A stretch of 64,000 nt of DNA from Candidatus Thorarchaeota archaeon (GTDB lineage Archaea; Asgardarchaeota; Thorarchaeia; Thorarchaeales; Thorarchaeaceae), in contig JBHLRS010000007.1 of assembly GCA_048882325.1 (NCBI GenBank), forward strand, positions 1 to 64,000, written 5' to 3'. The notes beneath the pieces were generated by a model that worked only from the letters and a program-made list of their open reading frames with translations, was not told where the DNA came from and ran no database searches. The stretch's first letter is position 1, and every line of letters begins with the position of its first letter. A program made the position numbers and the translations under genes. Below, in pieces: positions 57,039 to 64,000 of the stretch.

Positions 57039-57761
57039 ATGTCAGAAGAAGGACCGAGTGATCTTGACAAAGTCTTCAAGGCACTAGGAAATGAAACTCG
57101 CAGAAGAATACTTCGCCTCCTAGCACAGGGTGAAAGATATCCCTATGAGTTAAGCAAAGTCCTAGGATTAACCCCACGGGGTGTATTCAAACACCTTGAA
57201 GCTCTTCAAGAAGCAGGACTCGTTGAGCGACAGCATGGCGAAAGCGAGGTAGGCCCAGACAGGGTTTACTACCGACTCAATGTGAGGTTTGGGCTTTCCA
57301 CCACAATCCTTCCAAATGCATTTGTTGTAAGACTAACTAGTCATGGGATAACAGGTCACCGACTCATAGTACCTCAGGGCTTTATCATCCCAGAAGCAAG
57401 ACCTGACGTAGCGGCGGTAAGAAAACTCCTGCGTGAGCTAGGGAAGGTCAACAGGCAACTTGAGAAACTCGAAGATGACAGGATGCGTTTTGCCTCACTA
57501 AGGAGTCAGATAATCAGCAGAATAGAGGCAGTAATGGAGCATGCTGAGTGGGATGAGGAGAGTCGTCAGAAAGTAAGGTCTCTAATTGATCCTATCCGGC
57601 AGCAAGTAGATGACACTGTAGAGGAACGCGAAGATGCTTGGGCTAGCACCGTCCAAGAAGCACTGAAACTTTTCGAGAATATGCTCACGGGGAAACCTCC
57701 GATTGCAAAGAAGAAAGAAGATTCTGACGACGATGTAGAGATAATACTGGATTCTGAGTGA
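57039..57761 (+). CDS. ArsR-like wHTH regulator with coiled coil, resembling archaeal heat-shock regulators Phr/HSR1
   Basis: ALGNETRRRILRLL, ELSKVLGL..GVFKHLEALQEAGLV, GPDRVYY, then P.AF and a long coiled coil. Confidence 0.85.
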   Translation: MSEEGPSDLDKVFKALGNETRRRILRLLAQGERYPYELSKVLGLTPRGVFKHLEALQEAGLVERQHGESEVGPDRVYYRLNVRFGLSTTILPNAFVVRLTSHGITGHRLIVPQGFIIPEARPDVAAVRKLLRELGKVNRQLEKLEDDRMRFASLRSQIISRIEAVMEHAEWDEESRQKVRSLIDPIRQQVDDTVEEREDAWASTVQEALKLFENMLTGKPPIAKKKEDSDDDVEIILDSE

Positions 57762-57762
57762 G

Positions 57763-58458
57763 CTACCAATTCCAGATTATTTTCCAGTCCGCTCTCTTTT
57801 GGCTTGACATACTCGGCACGTATTCAATCGGATTATATGGTAGTTCCACACCTTTTGCTTTCTTCACAGATAGATAGTGTTTTCCACGTGATGTGGTGAG
57901 AGTTATGATGCCTTGAGCGAGTGAATATAATTGGTTGATGGTTACTTCGTCAGCTGTTTCAGCATGTACGAGGTAGAACTCGTTTGACCCAATTTTGATG
58001 CTCTCCTCAACGCACTCTTTGAAGAACTGAACAACATCACGGGCTGAAAAGTCAATCAGAAGTGGTGTTAGACCTTCAAATGTGATTAGATTGGGCATCA
58101 GATCTTTTCTGAGACTTCTAAGTTGAATGTTAATTTCATGTAGATGTGGCGAACAGGTGTATTCTCCTAGAGTTTCTTGACCGTATCCAACCTCCATTAT
58201 CTTGAAGCCATTACCCTGCATCTGCGAAAGTTCAGTCATGAGAGAGCGATTTCTAGCCTCCGTGACTACTTCCAATGTAGAAAGACCAAGCTCAATGGCT
58301 CGTCTGATGAGAGTGAGCATAAAGAGGTCATAATGGCTGTCCTGAGAGGCCATAACGAGGAAGACATAACCTTTCGGAGGTCTAGTGAGTAGATTGTCCA
58401 CTATGCTGAACTTTGAACCGTTCTGGTCAATTGGTTCGCTACGCACTTTTTTACACAC
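57763..58458 (-). CDS. Inactive KaiC/RecA-superfamily single-domain protein
   Basis: Walker A degenerate (ASQDSHYD), Walker-B-like LITFEGL, LYSLAQGIITL, LSVKKAKG. Confidence 0.7.
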   Translation of the reverse strand: MCKKVRSEPIDQNGSKFSIVDNLLTRPPKGYVFLVMASQDSHYDLFMLTLIRRAIELGLSTLEVVTEARNRSLMTELSQMQGNGFKIMEVGYGQETLGEYTCSPHLHEINIQLRSLRKDLMPNLITFEGLTPLLIDFSARDVVQFFKECVEESIKIGSNEFYLVHAETADEVTINQLYSLAQGIITLTTSRGKHYLSVKKAKGVELPYNPIEYVPSMSSQKRADWKIIWNW

Positions 58459-58462
58459 TCAC

Positions 58463-58846
58463 TCATTGACTCATTCCAAGATGTTTTCTAATGGTTGCTA
58501 CGAGTGCCTTACCTGAAAATGGCTTGATGATATACTCGTCAGCACCCGCTTCTTCTCCTCGTTCTACATCGCTACTCAGTCCTTTAGCAGTGAACAATAG
58601 AATAGGAGTATCTTTGAAAGTAGCATTCTCTTTGAGTCTCTTGCAGACTTCAAAGCCATCGATAGTTGGAAGCATCACATCAAGAAGAACCAAATCAGGA
58701 ACCTCCTGATTTGCAAGTTCAAGTGCTTCCTCACCATCACTTGCTACCACCACCTCGAATCCGTGCTTCTCAAGGAATGTCTTCGCTAATTCAGTAGTCA
58801 TCTGTTCATCATCGACGACCAGTATTTTCTTGCTATTGCTGTTCAT
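58463..58846 (-). CDS. Stand-alone response-regulator receiver domain
   Basis: ILVVDDE, PDLVLLDVMLP..DG, LFTAK, GADEYIIKPF. Confidence 0.95.
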   Translation of the reverse strand: MNSNSKKILVVDDEQMTTELAKTFLEKHGFEVVVASDGEEALELANQEVPDLVLLDVMLPTIDGFEVCKRLKENATFKDTPILLFTAKGLSSDVERGEEAGADEYIIKPFSGKALVATIRKHLGMSQ

Positions 58847-58899
58847 GTTTATCACCGGAGGTAGGTGTGTTTTCGTAGTACTGATGAAGATCATATGAA

Positions 58900-58952
58900 A
58901 GGCGGTTCCTGGTGTAAAAAAGATGAGACTTCTTCAGCGACCCGGAACGCCT
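58900..58952 (-). other. Long imperfect stem-loop between the GvpD-like gene and the receiver gene
   Basis: Minus strand AGGCGTTCCGGGT..TGAAGAAG-TCTCAT-CTTTTTTA..ACCAGGAACCGCCT. Confidence 0.45.
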
Positions 58953-58980
58953 GTTATCTTGTGACTTCATCATTTTATCC

Positions 58981-60363
58981 TCATACAATTGGTACTAAAT
59001 CATAATCCAGAAAGCCCTTAGATAGCAAGGGCCTTACTGCAAGGTAGTTTGTACGTGGATTTACACCACATACACTTAGCACTCCACTCAATTCCTGAAC
59101 ACGAAGATGTACACTGTATGCGATTGACCCACTTTTCAATGCCTGCTGCTGTCCAAGAATACTCACAGTTGCCCGGTTTGTCGCTGGCAGGGATGCTGTT
59201 ATTTCAGCCATCATACCTTTGACATCAGTGACACCATACTTGTTTTCAAGAGTATCAAGGGAGAATAACTCAGTTGCTTCAGCGTCAAATTTGCGCTCGA
59301 GCTGTGTAGCCTCATATCTAATCTCTTGGAGCGTCTTCCATGGATCGTCATTTATGGTCCGTACATTTTCTAGCTGTCCTAGAGCATGTCGCCCAAAGAA
59401 AATGACTTGATCCTCGACAAGCTGCTGTTCAACAAAATGACTCAACCCTTGGGAAAATTGATCCGGAGACCATCCTTCTGGGAGAAGTATAACCGCAGGC
59501 CGACCAAGTTGAAGGTGGTTCGATAGAAATGGGATGTAGATTGTTTCAAGATAAGGCGCTGCTAGATTCTCAACCTCTATGAGGCTCAATACACCTTTTT
59601 GAAAACCTCCCCCAATTATTCCATCTAAGCTTTTATTCCCAGTTGATATTCTATCAGGTGAAGGATCTTGAATTGGTTCTCTCTCCACTGTGATTGGTGG
59701 GAACTGATGCACATGCCAGGGTACGTATGTGAATCTACCGTTGTTTAGTGTGAAGAGGAAAGTGTCTTGTTTCAGTGGTAGTGAGCGCATCTTCTCAATA
59801 GTCATTTGTCGATACATTCTCTGATCTTCACGTAGTTTCTTCAGGCGGATGATTGCATCAGCTGAGTGGTGCAGAGGGTGTTGATATTTCTCTTCCCAGT
59901 CACCTTCTGTTACAAGTACTAACTTTTTACCCTCGTTTCGGGCTGCGTAAATCAACGACTGTTGAACTTCATATCTTTTGGCTTCATCAATAGGCATCAT
60001 GAAGTCGGTCCAAGAGTCGATAATTACCACGTTGTGTGATTCTGATACAGACTGCACACCGAGTAATTGCTTCAATTGCTCATGCAAAGGAACTTCATGC
60101 AAAGAACTCTCTTTCAGAGACCTCCAGTAATGAGAAACGAAATACCGCTTAGACCAATTAGGTTCCATAGATAGGCCCTTTTCCGTTACAGATGTTGATT
60201 CAGCGTTAGACATTATGAGTAAAGATTCGTTAAATTCTCGAAAGACCTCATGTACAAACAAAGTCTTGCCTGTTCCAGGCTTTCCTGTCACTACAATAAT
60301 ATAGCCAGGTGCTGAGTCTAATGCATCCCTAATACTAGGCGGAATCGAGCCTTCACTGCTCAT
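58981..60363 (-). CDS. GvpD/KaiC-like two-domain ATPase (N-domain intact, C-domain inactive)
   Basis: IPPSI..GKPGTGKT, VVIIDSW, LVTE, ADAIIRL, IEKMRS; second domain ISTGNKSLDGIIGGGF lacks Walker A. Confidence 0.85.
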   Translation of the reverse strand: MSSEGSIPPSIRDALDSAPGYIIVVTGKPGTGKTLFVHEVFREFNESLLIMSNAESTSVTEKGLSMEPNWSKRYFVSHYWRSLKESSLHEVPLHEQLKQLLGVQSVSESHNVVIIDSWTDFMMPIDEAKRYEVQQSLIYAARNEGKKLVLVTEGDWEEKYQHPLHHSADAIIRLKKLREDQRMYRQMTIEKMRSLPLKQDTFLFTLNNGRFTYVPWHVHQFPPITVEREPIQDPSPDRISTGNKSLDGIIGGGFQKGVLSLIEVENLAAPYLETIYIPFLSNHLQLGRPAVILLPEGWSPDQFSQGLSHFVEQQLVEDQVIFFGRHALGQLENVRTINDDPWKTLQEIRYEATQLERKFDAEATELFSLDTLENKYGVTDVKGMMAEITASLPATNRATVSILGQQQALKSGSIAYSVHLRVQELSGVLSVCGVNPRTNYLAVRPLLSKGFLDYDLVPIV

Positions 60364-60474
60364 TTCTGATTGCCCCTTGCTTGCGCAAATGGAGTTCACT
60401 TGTTTTGAAATATAAGGATATGTGGCTCATTTATTCTAATCACTCTTGTGATAATTCAAGAGCAACTCGAGGGT

Positions 60475-62070
60475 TTACTCTTCAAGCTTTGAAATGAAGT
60501 CCTTGAAATACGGGCATAAACCCCCCATCCAATAGAGGTTTCCAAAGCACTCTTTTCGAAGTCCCAATCGCTCAACTCTGCACTCGAAGCTCTTCTCTCC
60601 ATCAAAGAAAACGCAGAGGTCACTATCTGACTTCGGGTCATCAAGGACCATTCTTCTTACTTCTTTCATTCTATTAAGTTCAGGAGAGTCTGACCATTCC
60701 TTGCTAGGACCCAGTTGTTTGCGAATGTGTGCTAGAAGTTTTTCATCGGGAGTCCTACCATCAGCCCAAAGTGTGACTAACTCACTGACATCTGCATTGA
60801 AACCATAGAGGAGATGATCAATATCTACTGAAACTTCTTTTGCTCTCCTGTATGCTGCTATTGCATCGTCATATCTCTGTAAAATGTAGTTTGCATCGCC
60901 TGCAAGAAACAGTGTGAGAGTCAATGTTGACCTCATTCCTGCTCCTTCTGCAAGTTGGGTAGCTTCATCGTAGAGCCTAATTGCTTCTTCAGTGTCACCT
61001 TTGCGAAGAGCAACATCACCAAGATTGACTGTGGCAGTGGCTATACCTCGCATGTATTCAGCTTCTTGACTGATTTCCAAAGCCCGTCGATTGTAAGTTT
61101 CCATCTGAGATATTTGGTCGAGGGCTCTGTCAATCTCCCCGACATTGATGAGCGTTGCGGCAAGTCCGACTTGATTGTTGAGTTGCTGTTGAATAATAAG
61201 CAATTCCTCGAACTGGTCTCGTGCCTCTTGGAGTCTACCCATGTTGAGGTGGATGACGCCTCGAAGTCGGCGGGCATCTGCAACACCTTGAAGATAACCC
61301 ATCCGCTCATAAGTCCGGAGAGCACTTGTTACTAGACTCAGAGCACGATCATGTTCGTAAAATTCCTCAAGTGCACGACCCCGATAAAATTTGATGTCTG
61401 TCAAAGCCAACTGATGATCAAGATGAGTAGCAGTATCCTGAGCTGAATCAAGCCTAATCAAAGCCTCCTCTCGAGATTCACCTGAAACCGAGATGAATGC
61501 AAGGATAATCCTCGGTCGTAGAAGAGCAGCTTGGACCATGTTACGGATGTTTGTATCCTTTGCAGTAGCTTGAGTGACTTTCTCAATGCTTTCAGACGCC
61601 ACCTCCCTAGCGTGATCTGTGTAGCCTAAATCAATCAGAACAGATGCTAATTGACCAGAAAGCTCTGCAAATGCAATGTAGTCTCTTGACTGCCAAGTCT
61701 GATTTGTTATGTTTCGGAGATTGTTCAACCAACGAGGATCAAGACTTTGTCTACAATATGCTGCAGCTGCATAACCCCTCGCAGTTAGGTTTGATTGGTC
61801 TTTAGCAAGGATCTGGTTGTATCCATACATACCCCTGAGAAAACTTGCTTTCGCACACATCGCGAGAAATGATGGAGTTCTATTCTTCCATTCACCACTT
61901 CCAACATATTCAATCAAAACATCCGTAAAGAGCATGAAACGGTCTTTGGTGGAACGAGATTGCATTCTGAGTCGATTACGTAGTTCATCAACCTCAGTAT
62001 CCTCTAATCCTGGTGTGTACATCATGAACTCTGGGATTACTGGATCGTCTTGCACTTTCTCATTCACCAT
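60475..62070 (-). CDS. TPR-repeat protein with a C-terminal four-Cys motif
   Basis: TPR-type repeats (G.A....G.I....G....A....E.AL.I); C-x10-C-x10-C-x10-C tail. Confidence 0.88.
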   Translation of the reverse strand: MVNEKVQDDPVIPEFMMYTPGLEDTEVDELRNRLRMQSRSTKDRFMLFTDVLIEYVGSGEWKNRTPSFLAMCAKASFLRGMYGYNQILAKDQSNLTARGYAAAAYCRQSLDPRWLNNLRNITNQTWQSRDYIAFAELSGQLASVLIDLGYTDHAREVASESIEKVTQATAKDTNIRNMVQAALLRPRIILAFISVSGESREEALIRLDSAQDTATHLDHQLALTDIKFYRGRALEEFYEHDRALSLVTSALRTYERMGYLQGVADARRLRGVIHLNMGRLQEARDQFEELLIIQQQLNNQVGLAATLINVGEIDRALDQISQMETYNRRALEISQEAEYMRGIATATVNLGDVALRKGDTEEAIRLYDEATQLAEGAGMRSTLTLTLFLAGDANYILQRYDDAIAAYRRAKEVSVDIDHLLYGFNADVSELVTLWADGRTPDEKLLAHIRKQLGPSKEWSDSPELNRMKEVRRMVLDDPKSDSDLCVFFDGEKSFECRVERLGLRKECFGNLYWMGGLCPYFKDFISKLEE

Positions 62071-62266
62071 TGTCTGGTGAGCCTGCTAGTTTCTGCTCCT
62101 CTATCGCTTCGCTGTCTATGGCTATCAAAAGGCTTCTAGTGGTTTTCTCCGCGAAGATGTGTGAAAGCAGAAATATAGGTTTCGAGGATGTATAGCGAGA
62201 ATATAATCGGGCGGTTCTTTCTTAAAAGTTAAAACGGGCAGTGGTATGAAATGGCTTGTGGTTCGC

Positions 62267-63022
62267 ATGCCTAAGACCCGAGTTAGTACAGGTGTCCCTG
62301 GTCTTGACGAGCTTCTAGAAGGGGGCTATGTTCAAGGAAGATCAACACTCCTAGCAGGAGGTCCAGGTACAGGAAAAAGTATCCTTACGTGGCATTTTCT
62401 GTTTGATGGTGTTGAGAAAGGCGAGAGTGGTTTATTGGTGTCCCTCGACCAGACAGCAGATATGATCGTTGAGGATATGTCTGATTTTGGATGGAACGCG
62501 AAGAAAAGGCTTGAATCTGGATCTTTAACTATACTTAGCGGCTCGCTTAATCTGGTTCCAACAGAGAAAAGCTACGAATATGTGATTGACTTTCATCATC
62601 CACTACTACGAGAGCAACCATTTACAGTTCCTAGATTAGCTGAACTCGTCCGAAAGAAAGCAGGAGAGGTAAACGCAAAAAGGATTGTTATTGATGGGTT
62701 GGGACCCCTACTAGAACTAGCTGGTAATCGTTCTGAGATACGTCAACTGGTGTATGGTTTCATCCGTGAGATTGTCGATTGGGAATCGACGATTATTCTG
62801 ACACATGAACTGAAAGCCAGTGAAACTGCCCAAAATGATGAGATGCCTTTCTTCATTTGCGATGGAGTTGTTGTTCTCAAAATGCTCTATACTGCAGGAG
62901 ATTATGTGCGAACGATTCGAGTAGTAAAAATGAGGGGTGCAAATCATGTCATGCGCCCGATTATGTTCAAGATTGGTCCAAATGGCATAGTAGCCTTCCC
63001 AGATGCACGTCTACCCGAATAG
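62267..63022 (+). CDS. KaiC-like (RAD55/RecA superfamily) single-domain ATPase
   Basis: RVSTGVPGLDELLEGG, GGPGTGKS, RIVIDG, CDGVVVL, RTIRVVKMRG. Confidence 0.92.
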   Translation: MPKTRVSTGVPGLDELLEGGYVQGRSTLLAGGPGTGKSILTWHFLFDGVEKGESGLLVSLDQTADMIVEDMSDFGWNAKKRLESGSLTILSGSLNLVPTEKSYEYVIDFHHPLLREQPFTVPRLAELVRKKAGEVNAKRIVIDGLGPLLELAGNRSEIRQLVYGFIREIVDWESTIILTHELKASETAQNDEMPFFICDGVVVLKMLYTAGDYVRTIRVVKMRGANHVMRPIMFKIGPNGIVAFPDARLPE

Positions 63023-63029
63023 ACTATGA

Positions 63030-63407
63030 TCAGTAAACTGGTTGCACCTTTCTCACTGTGTCAGTCATGTCATACATGCTGAATGGTTTTTGAAGAAACG
63101 CCCTAGCTCCCACAGCAAGGACAGTTTCACCCACACCATCTATCGGGTCTGATATTACCACTATAGCAATGATGGGGTCAATGTCAAGAATATCCTCTAT
63201 CAATCGCACTAGGTCCTTCTGGTCCATGTTGAAGTCGATAAGAACGACAGCTGGATTTTGATATTGACTCATGACTAACAGAGTCTGAGCGTCATCCGCC
63301 TCACCAATAACATCGAAACCTGCATCTTCAAGTGCCATTTTCAGAAGAACCCTGAGAAGCGGAACCTCCCCTGCAACTATAATACCAGAATGAGGAACTT
63401 CTGTCAG
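63030..63407 (-). CDS. Atypical stand-alone receiver domain; probable non-canonical start (CTG at 63407)
   Basis: GFDVIGEA, PAVVLIDFNM, VISD, GARAFLQKPF. The beta1 strand GIIVAGE lies upstream of the first ATG (63338). Confidence 0.75.
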   Translation of the reverse strand: MTEVPHSGIIVAGEVPLLRVLLKMALEDAGFDVIGEADDAQTLLVMSQYQNPAVVLIDFNMDQKDLVRLIEDILDIDPIIAIVVISDPIDGVGETVLAVGARAFLQKPFSMYDMTDTVRKVQPVY

Positions 63408-63445
63408 GTTAGTCCTGCCCCCTAGGATTTGATATTAAGACAGCT

Positions 63446-63811
63446 TCAGTCAGACACAGCACTCTCTACAAGGTCTAGCATATGACGTATTGTCACAGGC
63501 TTTAAACCAAAACTTGCAGCACCATTTCCCATTGCCTGCTCCCTCACGTTTGCATCAGCACTGATGAAAACTATCTTGGCCTTGGGATCAATATCAAGTA
63601 TCTCTTTCATGGTCTGCATGCCATCTTTGTTAGGCATTCTATGGTCTAGAATAATGACCTCAGGTTTAGGATCCAGAGCAACGAACTTGTCAACTGCTTC
63701 TGCGCCATCGTAGGCATCAGCCACAACCTCATGCCCCTTGATGCTGAAGACATCTTTGTAGAGCCTGTGAAGAATCGCCTCATCATCTACTATGAAGATT
63801 GTGACCATATG
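63446..63811 (-). CDS. Stand-alone response-regulator receiver domain (CheY-like)
   Basis: IFIVDDE, PEVIILDHRMPNKDG, FISAD, GLKP. Confidence 0.94.
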   Translation of the reverse strand, partial: HMVTIFIVDDEAILHRLYKDVFSIKGHEVVADAYDGAEAVDKFVALDPKPEVIILDHRMPNKDGMQTMKEILDIDPKAKIVFISADANVREQAMGNGAASFGLKPVTIRHMLDLVESAVSD

Positions 63812-64000
63812 CTTCTTCCAACCTTGGAATACTGTCATGCTCAGAACACAGAGAATGTCAATAAACGTTGGTTAGACGGCTATTGGTGTGCGACACTACT
63901 CTCTGTCCCTTACGACTGAGTCTTGTACATGTCGATAACAAAACTTGAGATATAAATGATATGTGACTATGTATTATCTAACAAATCCTATTGCTGGTAA

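Noticed and set aside
58900-58952. SECIS element
   Set aside because: No AUGA/GA quartet with an apical AA in the proper geometry, and no in-frame TGA-interrupted selenoprotein candidate nearby.
57763-63022. Circadian clock (KaiABC) or gas-vesicle cluster
   Set aside because: No kaiA/kaiB and no gvpA/structural genes. The KaiC-like proteins lack the double-active-domain, EE and ST phosphosite pattern of cyanobacterial KaiC.
1-64000. tRNA/rRNA genes, transposases, integrases, prophage
   Set aside because: Intergenic gaps are short and show no cloverleaf or T-loop pattern. No DDE, tyrosine-recombinase or viral hallmark motifs were seen in the ORFs.

Overview
Gene-dense archaeal chromosome segment, very probably from an Asgard archaeon (Thorarchaeota-like). 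Supporting signs are tandem Rab-like small GTPases, many C-terminally membrane-anchored surface proteins, archaeal TATA/SD signals and frequent TTG/GTG starts. No rRNA, tRNA, CRISPR array or transposase was recognised. Contents in order: two paralogous family-5 solute-binding proteins; a Zn-ribbon/disordered protein; two Rab-like GTPases; a complete pstSCAB-phoU-phoU operon with an upstream wHTH regulator; an orphan amino-DNA methyltransferase; a 2309-aa gingipain-like (C25) surface protease and other surface proteins; 4-hydroxybutyryl-CoA dehydratase; a trans-polyprenyl synthase; a 29-aa-repeat solenoid; a double-Kelch/FN3/purple-acid-phosphatase fusion; a degraded P-loop ATPase pseudogene; a double PRC-barrel protein; ATP-type pfkA; corA; pcp; and a Phr/HSR1-like regulator. 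The most notable candidate system is the signalling cluster at 57.8-63.8 kb. It holds three KaiC/GvpD-superfamily proteins (intact, half-inactive and inactive), three stand-alone receiver domains (one atypical and apparently needing a non-canonical start) and a TPR protein with a C-x10-C-x10-C-x10-C tail, with no histidine kinase in the window. Two small ORFs absent from the ORF track also stand out: a 27-aa Arg-rich leader whose stop overlaps the corA start, and a 45-aa acidic, Trp-rich ORF under a GTACA-N5-TGTAC palindrome ahead of the Phr-like regulator. All functional calls come from reading motifs by eye; no database searches were run.
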